From positions 192,001 through 256,000 of the forward strand of contig CAVXXK010000006.1 of assembly GCA_963765675.1 (NCBI GenBank): 64,000 nucleotides of DNA. Reading direction: 5' to 3'. The notes beneath the pieces are model-generated. The model made no database searches and was not told where the DNA came from. It saw nothing but the letters and a program-made list of their open reading frames with translations. This document shows positions 49,996 to 59,340 of this stretch, one piece after another. Every line of letters starts with the position of its first letter. The stretch's first letter is position 1. A program made the translations under genes and the position numbers. Source of the stretch: an uncultured delta proteobacterium. Its GTDB lineage: Bacteria; Desulfobacterota; Binatia; Binatales; Binataceae.

Positions 49996-52050
49996 GTGAA
50001 GTCGCCGGATCTCGGGCTGCGCAGCGACCAGTTCGAGTACGTTCAACTGATCCTGCTGGCGGTGTTAGTCGGAGTTTTCGGGGCGCTCGGAAATCTCGGT
50101 TTCCGCGAGCTGATCGCGTTCTTCACCTGGCTATTCCGCGGTCTCGAATGGAATCTGCTCGGGATCAATCGCGGCGGAATTTTCCGCGCGCTGACGCCGA
50201 TCATCCTGCTCTCCGGCGGCGTCGCGATACTCGTGCTCGATCGCTTTTTTCCCGGCGATATTCTTGGCTACGGATTCCCAAATTTTCTCGAGCAGGTCAA
50301 TCTTGGCAGCGCGCGAATCAAGCGCCGATGGATCGTGCTCAAGGCTCTTGGCGCGTCGCTCTCGCTTGGCTCGGGCGCTTCGGTCGGACGCGAAGGCCCG
50401 ATCGCGCAAATCGGCGGCGCGATTGGCTCGGCCGTGGCGCAATTGCGCGGCCTCAGCTCCGACCGCGCCAAGGTGCTGGTCGCCGCCGGCGCGGGAGCCG
50501 GAATCGCGACCACTTTCAACGCTCCGATCGGCGGCCTGATGTTCGCGCTCGAAATTGTCCTCCTGGGCCAGACCGAGACCGCGAACCTCGCGCTGCTCAT
50601 CATCTCGACCTTCAGCGCGGTGGTGACTTCGCGCGCGATCCTCGGCAACGCCGCGGTCTTTCAGGTGCCCCAGTTCGATTTGAAAAGTTACTGGGAGATG
50701 CTGACCTACGCGTTGATGGGCGTGGCGTTGGGCGCTCTCGGCGCGAGCTATATTCGAGTGTTCAACGCGACTGGCGCGTATTTCCGGCGCATGGCTCTTC
50801 CAGCGTGGCAGAAGCTCGCCATCGGACTCTCGCTCGTCGGCGTGATCGCGATCTTCCTGCCCGCCAATCTCTCCGACGGATATCCGATCATCAACCGAGC
50901 GATGGCGGGCGAGTACGGCCTCGCGATGCTGCTGGCGTTGTGCGTCGCGAAGTACGTGGCGTCGAGCTTGTCGCTCGGCTCGGGCGCGCCCGGCGGAGTT
51001 TTCGGACCGATCTTTTTCATCGGTACGATGGCGGGGGGAGCGTTCCAGAGAATCTCGGCGCTCTTCATTCCGCATCTTACCGGGCCGCGCGGATCGTACG
51101 CGCTCGTCGGCTTGGGCGCTTTCCTGGCCGGCACCACGCACGCGCCGTTGACGGCGCTGTTTTTGCTCTTCGAGATGACCGGAGATTTTACGATTGCGTT
51201 GCCCGCGATGATCGCTGCGGTTACCGCGCTGGTGGTCTCGCGCGCAATCGAGTCCGAGTCGATCGATACTTACCGCCTCGCGCGCGAGGGCAAGACCCTG
51301 CAGATCTCGCAGGAGCGGCTCGCGCTTACGCATATACCCGTTAGCGCGGTGATGACCAAGGACGTAACCGTGGTGAGCGCGAACACGCGCCTGAACGATG
51401 TCCTGCACATAGCAGGACAGACCGCGCAGTCCACGCTTCCGGTCGTAAGCTCCGACGGCGAATTTGTCGGATTGATTGTGACTCGTGACCTGCTTGCGCT
51501 TTTAGGTGGCGGCGCAGAGCTCGGTCCACTGGTCAACGCATTCGATATCGCGCAGGTGAATTGTCCACATCTCACCGCTGATCAGAATCTGGATTTCGCG
51601 AGCCAGTTGATGGAGCAGGAGCGGCTCGACGAAATTCCCGTCGTCGAGAGAAGGGGCGGCGGACGCTTCCTCGGCCTGGTGACGCGCCAGCATATCGCGC
51701 AGGCGCTCAATCGGGTCTCGGTTTCGCTCTCGGCCTTGGCGACGCGCGATCAGAATATCTACTGGGCCACAGGCTATCGCGTCACGCGGCTCGAGGTTCC
51801 TGCCGCCGCCGATGGCACCACGGTCCGCGCCCTCGATACGCGCGCTCGCTTCGGTGTCACACTGCTGGCGCTGCAGAGCAGAGACGATCCGGACGCGGGG
51901 TTCGTGCCGGTGGCTCCCGACCGCCGCCTCAGGACTGGCGACCTGATCGTCGCAGCGGGACGTCCCGCCGACATCCGGCGCTTCGAGCGTGAGCTGGAGC
52001 TGCGCGTCTCGGCCTCCGCTCAGCCCGCGTCCGCGTCGGCAAAGACATAA
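49996..52050 (+). CDS. ClC-family anion channel/transporter with CBS pair and TrkA-C domain
   Basis: GREGP, FNAP.GG, GG.FGP, HAPLT; C-terminal CBS and RCK_C-like domains. Confidence 0.9.
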   Translation: MKSPDLGLRSDQFEYVQLILLAVLVGVFGALGNLGFRELIAFFTWLFRGLEWNLLGINRGGIFRALTPIILLSGGVAILVLDRFFPGDILGYGFPNFLEQVNLGSARIKRRWIVLKALGASLSLGSGASVGREGPIAQIGGAIGSAVAQLRGLSSDRAKVLVAAGAGAGIATTFNAPIGGLMFALEIVLLGQTETANLALLIISTFSAVVTSRAILGNAAVFQVPQFDLKSYWEMLTYALMGVALGALGASYIRVFNATGAYFRRMALPAWQKLAIGLSLVGVIAIFLPANLSDGYPIINRAMAGEYGLAMLLALCVAKYVASSLSLGSGAPGGVFGPIFFIGTMAGGAFQRISALFIPHLTGPRGSYALVGLGAFLAGTTHAPLTALFLLFEMTGDFTIALPAMIAAVTALVVSRAIESESIDTYRLAREGKTLQISQERLALTHIPVSAVMTKDVTVVSANTRLNDVLHIAGQTAQSTLPVVSSDGEFVGLIVTRDLLALLGGGAELGPLVNAFDIAQVNCPHLTADQNLDFASQLMEQERLDEIPVVERRGGGRFLGLVTRQHIAQALNRVSVSLSALATRDQNIYWATGYRVTRLEVPAAADGTTVRALDTRARFGVTLLALQSRDDPDAGFVPVAPDRRLRTGDLIVAAGRPADIRRFERELELRVSASAQPASASAKT

Positions 52051-52682
52051 GGGTGCGCGCGTCCCGCGCGAATCTCCGCGCAGAGTTCCGCCACGCTTTT
52101 GACCTCGCGTTCGAGTTCAGTCGCGCAGGTGAGGAACCATTTCGCGGTCGAAAAGTGCGCGTCGCTACCGCCGACCGCCGTCAGTCCGAGCTTGAGCGCG
52201 GTGTCTTGCGCGCGCTCGTTCTCGAGGTTCGAATTCTGCCCGTTCAGCACTTCGATTGCGCCTATCGCCGCGCCGTGGCGCGCGACCAGAGCGTCCAGCC
52301 GCGCGCCGAATCCCGACTCGCGGAACGGATGCGCCGGAATCGCAACGCCGCCTTCGTGATGAATCACCTCGATCAGATGCTCGCTGCGGAGCATGCGCGA
52401 GGTCAGGTCGAATCGGCGCATCACTTCCTGATTGACACCGTAGAGCAGCAGATGGCCGAGGTCGGTGTCCGCCTCTATCCCCTTGAACACCGCGATTCCG
52501 AAACGCTCGGAGAGTTCGGCGTATTCGCGATCGATCTCGGGGTCGGTCGGGAACAGACGATGCTCGGTGAAGCAGATCGCGCCAAGCCCCGCGCCGCTCG
52601 CTTGCGCGAACCCGAGATATTGCTCCGCGCTAACCCGCGAGTCCGCGGAGAGTTTCGTATGCACATGAAGATCAACGATCAT
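52020..52682 (-). CDS. PHP-domain phosphoesterase
   Basis: DLHVHT, FTEH, GIE..T..GH, AHPFR, GGSDAH. Confidence 0.9.
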   Translation of the reverse strand: MIVDLHVHTKLSADSRVSAEQYLGFAQASGAGLGAICFTEHRLFPTDPEIDREYAELSERFGIAVFKGIEADTDLGHLLLYGVNQEVMRRFDLTSRMLRSEHLIEVIHHEGGVAIPAHPFRESGFGARLDALVARHGAAIGAIEVLNGQNSNLENERAQDTALKLGLTAVGGSDAHFSTAKWFLTCATELEREVKSVAELCAEIRAGRAHPYVFADADAG

Positions 52683-52749
52683 GCTATCCCCGGATGCAGT
52701 TGCCTGATTCCTCCCCATTGTCTGACATGGGGGAGGAGCAGACCGTTCG

Positions 52750-52858
52750 GTCGTCATTTCGAGCCCTGGGCGAGAAATCCCGGAGCGCCCATGCTCTACG
52801 CCAGCGCCACATGCAATGTCCCTCCGCCGGGATTTCTCCCTGCGGTCGAAATGACGAT
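52750..52858. repeat. REP/REPIN-like element, family C
   Basis: CGTCATTTCGAGC..GCGAGAAATCCCGG ... CCGGGATTTCTCCC..GGTCGAAATGACG inverted pair. Confidence 0.7.
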
Positions 52859-52909
52859 CGAGGTTTCAGTGCCATCCGCATCCCACCGCTCAATTGAAAA
52901 CTCGCTCGC

Positions 52910-54418
52910 TCATGGCATGTTGAAGGCGTCGCGGGTCTGCAAGTGATCGACCACCGAAACAATTCCGGTGACGCGTAACACGGTCCATCGGATATTCGCG
53001 CGATCCCATTCGGTCGGAACCGTTCCCCACAGAATCAGCGTGTCTTCCTCGAGCTTGAACTGCACGCCCTTATAGCCTTCCGCATCGAGCTCGCGCCGGA
53101 GCAACTGCAATTGCTCGGGCGTCGCACCGCCGTTCAGATCGGGCATCGGTATCGGCATCGGGCCGAGGTCGGGCGCAGGCGGCTCCGCGGGTTGCACCGC
53201 AAGATGCGCGATCACGGTGGTCAGCAGGAACGCGCCCCCGAACAGCACCGCGAGTGCAAGCAGATAAAATCGCGAGCCGCGGTTGCGCCGCCTGCCGCGC
53301 CGATATTCTCCCGGCATCGGAGCTGAACCGGGAAAATTGCCCAGGTCGATTGTCCGCGCCTGTGCCGATTCGGGCTCGGATACGGGATCGTAACTGAGAG
53401 GCGCTGCGCAGAACGAGCAGTAGCGCGAGTCCCCGGGAATCTGCCGGCCGCATCGCGGACACTCAATCGTTGCGAGGTCGGAAAGCACAGTCGGCGCAGA
53501 AGGCGACGCGGGCGTACCCGCGCGTCCGAGCGGCAGCCGCATCTGCGGGCGCGATTGGTTCGTCGTCGGCGCCGGAGCCGGCTGCGGTGCGGTCACCACG
53601 CGGGGCTCGATCGGCGCTCCGGATTTGATCGCGACCAGCCGCGCCTTGAATTCGCCTACATCCTGCGGGCGCAGCGCGACGTCGTAGTTGAGCGTCTGAT
53701 CGACCAGATCGGCCAGCGCGGGGTTAACTCCCGGCGCGGCGCTGCGCAGCGGCGGAAAGCTGAACGGAGGCTCCGCGGCAGGATCGCGCCCGGAGATCGC
53801 ATGATGCATCGTCGCGGCAAGCGCGTAGAGATCGGAGCGGAACTCGACGCGCCCGCGATACTGTTCCGGCGGCGCGTAGCCCTGCGTTCCGATCATCGTC
53901 GCGTTCTGCATCGGCAGGAAGTGCCGCGCGATTCCGAAGTCGATGAGCTTGACCTGTCCGTTCGCCGTCAGCATCACGTTCGACGGCTTCAGATCGCGAT
54001 AGATCACTGGCGGTGAGAGGCTGTGCAGGTAGGCCAGCGTGTCGCAGATCTGAAGCGCGATATCGATCACCTCGCTCTCGGGGAGTTTGCCATCCGCGTC
54101 GCGCAGCCGGTCTTCGAGGGTCTGGCCCTCGATATATTCCATCACCAGGTAGTGGCGATTCTCTTCGCTGAAGCGATCGAACACGCGGGGGATATGCTCG
54201 TTGCTGAGAGTGGCGAGCATGTCGGCCTCGCGCTGGAACGCGGCGACGGCGTCCTGCTGCTTTTCGGGACTGGTGAAGGTATCCACCATCTCGGCCAGAG
54301 CGCACGGGCGCGAGGCCAGGCGCAGATCCTCGGCCAGATAGACCATCTTCATTCCGCCGCCGCCGAGCGGACGGATCGCGCGGTAGCGACCGCCGACGAT
54401 AGTGTTGGCCGCGATCAT
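52910..54418 (-). CDS. Hanks-type Ser/Thr kinase with zinc ribbon, TM and C-terminal BON-like domain
   Basis: LGGGGM, YRDLKPSN, DFG, GTQGYAPPEQ; CPRC..CSFC; TM; L.G.V....G...VVDHL. Confidence 0.9.
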   Translation of the reverse strand: MIAANTIVGGRYRAIRPLGGGGMKMVYLAEDLRLASRPCALAEMVDTFTSPEKQQDAVAAFQREADMLATLSNEHIPRVFDRFSEENRHYLVMEYIEGQTLEDRLRDADGKLPESEVIDIALQICDTLAYLHSLSPPVIYRDLKPSNVMLTANGQVKLIDFGIARHFLPMQNATMIGTQGYAPPEQYRGRVEFRSDLYALAATMHHAISGRDPAAEPPFSFPPLRSAAPGVNPALADLVDQTLNYDVALRPQDVGEFKARLVAIKSGAPIEPRVVTAPQPAPAPTTNQSRPQMRLPLGRAGTPASPSAPTVLSDLATIECPRCGRQIPGDSRYCSFCAAPLSYDPVSEPESAQARTIDLGNFPGSAPMPGEYRRGRRRNRGSRFYLLALAVLFGGAFLLTTVIAHLAVQPAEPPAPDLGPMPIPMPDLNGGATPEQLQLLRRELDAEGYKGVQFKLEEDTLILWGTVPTEWDRANIRWTVLRVTGIVSVVDHLQTRDAFNMP

Positions 54419-54419
54419 T

Positions 54420-54824
54420 TCAGTAGCGCCATGTGTCCGAGGGCGCCGCGGTTCCGCGCAAGCCGCGCGGGCGCCGCCGGGGACGCGGTCCCGCGATTCG
54501 CTCTTCGCGCAGCGAGCCCTGCACGGCGGCATTCAGCGCGCATACGAAGTGAAGGATGGGACCTATTGGTCCCAGGATGTAGGCCAGCACGACAACGCAG
54601 AACCAAACCACACCGCGCACAACATGTCCCTTGTAAATCTGCCCGAGTCCCGGAATCACGCTCAGGACGAACGCTACGATCGGGTTGAAGCCCGGCTCTC
54701 CCGCGAAGGTCCGGGTTCCCGCGACCGGCGCGCCGCAATCCTTGCAGAACTTCGCCTCGGCAACGACGATCGGCTGGCCGCATCGTGAGCAGAAACGCGG
54801 CTGGTCGAATTGCGGATCAGGCAC
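54420..54824 (-). CDS. zinc-ribbon membrane protein
   Basis: CSRCG..FCKDCG followed by A.VLS.IPGLGQIYKG and TMs; GTG start overlapping the FHA gene. Confidence 0.75.
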   Translation of the reverse strand: MPDPQFDQPRFCSRCGQPIVVAEAKFCKDCGAPVAGTRTFAGEPGFNPIVAFVLSVIPGLGQIYKGHVVRGVVWFCVVVLAYILGPIGPILHFVCALNAAVQGSLREERIAGPRPRRRPRGLRGTAAPSDTWRY

Positions 54825-56094
54825 GGAAGGTAAACGGCGCCTGCCCGAGCCGGAACGAATCGCCGTCGGTGAGAGGCGCCTGCGTGATTCGCCGGTCTGC
54901 GACAAAAGTTCCATTCTGGCTGTTCAGATCTCTCAGTTCGAATCCGCCGCCGGAGCTCACGATGCTCGCGTGATGGCGTGAGACCGACGAATGATTCACC
55001 ACGATATCGTTGTCCAGCGCGCGGCCAAGGCTGGTCGCGCCATTTGTACGCAGCGAATGGCGTTGGCCGGACGCATCTTCGAGCGCGGGACCGTTCATCT
55101 GCGGACCCGGCGCGGCAACGTGCGACTCGACGTGAACCGCCGCCGCGGCTTGCGCAGGAGACGCGGCGGCAGCCGAGCCTTGCCGCAGATGGAACATCAG
55201 CTCATACCCACCGACGCGGATCTTGTCGCCGTCGTGCAAGTCAGCGCTCTCGACCCGTTGTCCGTTGACGAAGGTCCCGTCCTGAATCGCAAGCCCCTTA
55301 AGGACAAAATCCTGGCCGCGCCGTTCGATTACCGCGTGGCGCTGTTGCACTGCGGGATCGCCAAACAGTCCGATCGGATTTTCCTCCGCACGACCGATCG
55401 TAGCGCGCGAGCCCTCGACCCTGAACTGGCGTCCGCGCAAACGTCCCTGTTCCACGGTGAGCCACGCGACCTTGGTCAGCTCCTGCACCAATCCGATAAA
55501 CAAGCCGATGAAAAATCCGATGAGGCTGAGCCCGATGAGCCGCGACCACAGTCCTCCACCGGTAATCTCGTTTATCGGATCGAACAAGATCCCGCCGGCG
55601 AAGCCGCCGATGAATCCGCCGATCGCGCCCTTGGCGATATTCGGCATCGAGAGCGACGCGAGGCCCACGCCCGCGCCGAGGATCGTCGCCATGATCACCC
55701 AGCTCAGGACGCGTCCGAGGAACAGGAAGAAGCCCGACCCCGGATGCCCGAGGCCCCATCCGCCGAAACTTAACATTGCGCTGAAAATGTAATTCGAAAA
55801 ATAATCGGCGGGCAGCGCGAGCAGCAGGCAAACCACGAATCCGCGGATCAGGTTGTTGCGCGTCGTCGGATTCCATTCGATTTCCTGGCTGCCGACCGCA
55901 AGGATGAATCCGCCGATCACTCCCGACAGGATCGCCATCGCGACGTAAGACATCGCGGCGTCGAAGCTCGAGATCTGTTCGGTCAGGCTATGCCCATGGC
56001 TCGCGAGCTCGACCGGAAGCCATCCGAGCGCGCCGCCCAGAAGGCCCGCGAGCGCCTTGTTAAAAAGGTCGCGGCGATTTATGGAGCCGTCCAT
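54817..56094 (-). CDS. multi-TM protein with two FHA domains
   Basis: About 6 Gly-rich TMs; FHA1 IGR..HA..GTFVNG; FHA2 LGR...SVSRHHA..SQNGT. Confidence 0.88.
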   Translation of the reverse strand: MDGSINRRDLFNKALAGLLGGALGWLPVELASHGHSLTEQISSFDAAMSYVAMAILSGVIGGFILAVGSQEIEWNPTTRNNLIRGFVVCLLLALPADYFSNYIFSAMLSFGGWGLGHPGSGFFLFLGRVLSWVIMATILGAGVGLASLSMPNIAKGAIGGFIGGFAGGILFDPINEITGGGLWSRLIGLSLIGFFIGLFIGLVQELTKVAWLTVEQGRLRGRQFRVEGSRATIGRAEENPIGLFGDPAVQQRHAVIERRGQDFVLKGLAIQDGTFVNGQRVESADLHDGDKIRVGGYELMFHLRQGSAAAASPAQAAAAVHVESHVAAPGPQMNGPALEDASGQRHSLRTNGATSLGRALDNDIVVNHSSVSRHHASIVSSGGGFELRDLNSQNGTFVADRRITQAPLTDGDSFRLGQAPFTFRA

Positions 56095-56301
56095 TTCAGA
56101 TCGATCCTCGTGCTCATCGCGATTCTCACAAAACCAGCACGCCCAACATATGCTTTACCAGCAGTTATAATAACCCGTCGCATCGACGCGTAAAATCCGC
56201 GCTCCATCGCCAGATGCAGCCTTCGGCTTGCGGCTGGTTGCAGACTCGGGCAGATGCACGGCATGATCGTGATGAACGCATCACCTGTTATTGGAGTATC
56301 A

Positions 56302-57543
56302 ATGGCAGAGAAGACGCTTGTCCCGGAAGCATTTGGACCTTTACAGGGTGTGAAAATCGTCTCGACCGGCACCCTGATCGCGCAACCGTTTGCCGCGGAG
56401 CTCGCCGCCGAGATGGGCGCCGAGGTGATTCAGATCGAGCGCCCGGGCACCGGAGACACCGGATGGCGCAATATCGGAATCAGACTCGCGACTCACGACG
56501 GCACTCCGCCGGTCGCGACCACCTGGGTGCAGGAACGGCGCAACGTTTTCTGCATCACGCTCGATCTCTCCAAGCCGCGCGGGCGTGAAGTCTTCCTGAA
56601 GCTTGCCGCGCGCGCCGATATCTGGATGGAGAGCTCGAAGCCCGGCACCTATCCGAAGTGGAACCTGGATGATGCGGCGGTGTGGAAGCTCAATCCAAAA
56701 CTCGTCATCACGCACGTGAGCGGCTTCGGCCAGACCGGCGATCGCGAGTATGTCACGCGCGCATCCTACGACATCGTCGGCCAGGCCGTGGCCGGGATGA
56801 TGTATCAGACGGGATATCCTGATCCCACGCCGCCGACGCGCGCCGCGCCGTGGACCGGCGACTATATCACCGCGTTGTTCACGCTATGGTCGTCGCTGGC
56901 GGGGCTTACCTATGCGCGTTCGACGGGCAAGGGCCAGGCGATCGACGTCGCGCAGTACGAGGCGATTCACAAGACGATGGGCGGCACGATGCTCGAGTAT
57001 TTTCAGCAAGGCGTTGTGCGCGAGCGCTCGGGCAATCGCGCGCAGGGCTTTCAGCCGCTCGATAGCTTCCAGGCGAGCGACGGATGGGTCGTGTTGGGTG
57101 CGCTCGGTGAAGTTTACGATCGCCTGGTTCGAGTGATCGGCCTGGATCCGGCCGATCCGAAATGGCAGAGCGCGCGCGTGAATCTCGAATCGATCGAGGG
57201 GATCGAGTTCGACGCGATCCTGCGCGGATGGGTCAGCGAGCGCACGGTCGCGCAGGTGGTGCACGCGATGGCGGAAGGCAAGGTGCCGTGCTCGCAGATC
57301 ATGTCGAGCAAGGATGCGGCCGAGGATCCGCAGTATCGTGCGCGCCAGATGCATATCGAGTGGGAAGATCCGCACGTCGGCAAGGTAAAGGGCATCGGCA
57401 TCGCGCCGAAGTTCTCGCTAACGCCCGGAAAGATCGTCCGCGGCTCGGTCACGGTCGGCGCTGACAACGCCCGCATTTACGGCGGCCTACTGGGGATGGC
57501 GTCGAGCGAGATAGAAGCGCTGAGGCGCGACAAAGTGATCTGA
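56302..57543 (+). CDS. CaiB-like class III CoA-transferase
   Basis: FGPLQGVKIV, IAQPFA, SGFGQTG, catalytic Asp in PWTGDY. Confidence 0.88.
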   Translation: MAEKTLVPEAFGPLQGVKIVSTGTLIAQPFAAELAAEMGAEVIQIERPGTGDTGWRNIGIRLATHDGTPPVATTWVQERRNVFCITLDLSKPRGREVFLKLAARADIWMESSKPGTYPKWNLDDAAVWKLNPKLVITHVSGFGQTGDREYVTRASYDIVGQAVAGMMYQTGYPDPTPPTRAAPWTGDYITALFTLWSSLAGLTYARSTGKGQAIDVAQYEAIHKTMGGTMLEYFQQGVVRERSGNRAQGFQPLDSFQASDGWVVLGALGEVYDRLVRVIGLDPADPKWQSARVNLESIEGIEFDAILRGWVSERTVAQVVHAMAEGKVPCSQIMSSKDAAEDPQYRARQMHIEWEDPHVGKVKGIGIAPKFSLTPGKIVRGSVTVGADNARIYGGLLGMASSEIEALRRDKVI

Positions 57544-57569
57544 CGTCGCCACAAAAAGTCGCAGAGCGG

Positions 57570-57722
57570 CACCCTCACCCACGCGTCACGGCGATTGCTA
57601 AATGAAGCAATCGCCGCGCCGCGTCGCCCTCTCCCGGAGGGAGAGGGTATTTCCGACGCATTGCGATTCCTGATTCCCTCTCCCGCCGGGAGAGGGTGCC
57701 GCGAAGCGGCGGGTGAGGGTGC
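57570..57722. repeat. REP-like element, family A copy 2 (composite, two inverted arms)
   Basis: CACCCTCACCC..GGCGATTGCT..AGCAATCGCC..CCCTCTCCC..GGGAGAGGG..CCCTCTCCC..GGGAGAGGG..GGGTGAGGGTG between convergent genes. Confidence 0.8.
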
Positions 57723-57763
57723 TGCTCTGCGGCTGCTCTCGGCCGCGCACCGCAGCGCAGCGC

Positions 57764-58591
57764 TCAATGCGCGACCTTGCCCATGAAGGCTGCGGCCGCG
57801 CGGGCGAATTCGCGGTCGTCGGCATAGCGGCCGAGATCGAGGATGAAATAGCTCGCGCCCGCCTCGCGTTCGGCGTCGAGCCTTGCTCGTGCGGCGGCTA
57901 TATCGTCGAGCTTCATGCCGCGGCGCACGATAATCTCCGGCTCGGGACGCCCGGCTGCGCGCATCTTCGATCGTAAATCTTCAACCAACGGTTTAAGTTC
58001 TGCCGCGCGCTGCATCGGATGCCATCCGTCGCCGAATTCGAGCACCCGTTTGATCGCGTTTGCGCCACCACCGCCGATCCAGATTGGCGGACGGGCAGGG
58101 CGCGGTTCGAACACAAATGCTGGAAACTTCGCCAGCTCTCCGCGAAATGGCGCGGGCTCGGAGCCGTCGAACAGATGCCGCAGCACGCGCAGGGTCTCGG
58201 TCGTGAGCGCGCCGCGCTTCTTCATGTCGACGCCGAGCGCCTCGAACTCGGGCTTCATCCATCCGACGCCGACGCCGAGAATCATCCGTCCGCCCGACAA
58301 CTCCTGGATAGTTGCGATCTGCTTCGCCGTCAGCACCGCGGGCCGATACGGGAGCACCAGCACCGAGACTCCAAGCCGGATACGCTCGGTCGCGCCGGCG
58401 AGGAACGCGAGCGTTGCCAGCACGTCAAGATAGCGGCCGCCGGAGCCCTCGGTTTGATCGGGCGGGATGCATAAATGGTCGGAGACGAAGATCGCATCGA
58501 AGCCCGCCTGCTCGGCGGCCCTGGCGCAGGCCAGAATTGTCGCGCGCGTAGATTGCGGTCCCATGTTGCGAATCGCGATTCCGTATTTCAT
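57764..58591 (-). CDS. LLM-class (luciferase-like, possibly F420-dependent) oxidoreductase
   Basis: AEQAGFD....DH, LA..T.RIRLG.SVLVLPYR, SGGR..LG.G.GW...EF, PPIWIGG. Confidence 0.9.
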   Translation of the reverse strand: MKYGIAIRNMGPQSTRATILACARAAEQAGFDAIFVSDHLCIPPDQTEGSGGRYLDVLATLAFLAGATERIRLGVSVLVLPYRPAVLTAKQIATIQELSGGRMILGVGVGWMKPEFEALGVDMKKRGALTTETLRVLRHLFDGSEPAPFRGELAKFPAFVFEPRPARPPIWIGGGGANAIKRVLEFGDGWHPMQRAAELKPLVEDLRSKMRAAGRPEPEIIVRRGMKLDDIAAARARLDAEREAGASYFILDLGRYADDREFARAAAAFMGKVAH

Positions 58592-58684
58592 TTGCCACCT
58601 CGCCGCGAACAGATTCGCGCCTATCGCAAGACTGGCAAGCGTCGCGAGGGCACGTCAAACTGCATCAGGCGGGAGGACGATCGT

Positions 58685-59293
58685 TTGGGGAGACCATCGG
58701 CGAAGGAGCGCAGGCCCTACAACAGCGAGGCGATCGCGGACGTCGCGGTGCGGGTGTTCCTGGAGCGCGGCTACGACGGCGCGTCGCTCGACGACGTGGC
58801 GCGCGCGGCCGGAATCACCAAGGCCAGCATCTACTACCATGTCCGCAGCAAGGAAGATCTGCTCGCGCGCGGCGTCGGACGCGCGTTTGATGCGCTGGGC
58901 GCGGCGATGCGCGAGCCGGGCGCGAAGCAGGGCAGCGCGCAGGCGCGGCTTAAGTATATCGTGCGGCGCACGATCGAGATCACGGTCGTGATGCGGCCCG
59001 AGGTCGCGCTGCTGTTGCGGGTGCGCGGCAACACTCGCGTCGAGAAGGCGATCGTCGAGCGGCGCCGCGCGTTCGATCATCTGGTGGCGCGCCATTTTGC
59101 CCGCGCGCAGCGCGCGGGCGAGTTCCGGCGCGATATCGATCCGCGGCTGGCGACGCGGCTGTTGTTCGGGATGCTCAACTCGATCACCGAATGGTACCGG
59201 CCCGGCGGCGAGCTCGGCGCGGAAGATATCGTGCAGGCGGTGTTCCGGCTCGCGTTCGAGGGCCTCAAAAGCAAGCGCTCGCGCGCTACTTGA
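58685..59293 (+). CDS. TetR-family regulator (PaaR/KstR2-like)
   Basis: ERGYDGAS.DDVA.AAGITKASIYYHV.SKE; LFGMLNS..EWYRP; TTG start after GGGAGGA. Confidence 0.88.
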   Translation: MGRPSAKERRPYNSEAIADVAVRVFLERGYDGASLDDVARAAGITKASIYYHVRSKEDLLARGVGRAFDALGAAMREPGAKQGSAQARLKYIVRRTIEITVVMRPEVALLLRVRGNTRVEKAIVERRRAFDHLVARHFARAQRAGEFRRDIDPRLATRLLFGMLNSITEWYRPGGELGAEDIVQAVFRLAFEGLKSKRSRAT

Positions 59294-59317
59294 TTTATCT
59301 ACCGAATGGTTGATAAA
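59294..59317. promoter_or_regulatory. probable operator of the diiron-crotonase operon
   Basis: Palindrome TTTATC-T-ACC-GAAT-GGT-T-GATAAA; core resembles the PaaR-type ACCGA-N4-TCGGT site. Confidence 0.55.
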
Positions 59318-59340
59318 CCTTGAGTAGAGGCAAAAGCGCG

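Noticed and set aside
52020-52050. 31-bp convergent overlap of ClC and PHP genes
   Set aside because: Short tail-to-tail overlaps are common in GC-rich genomes; no evidence of function
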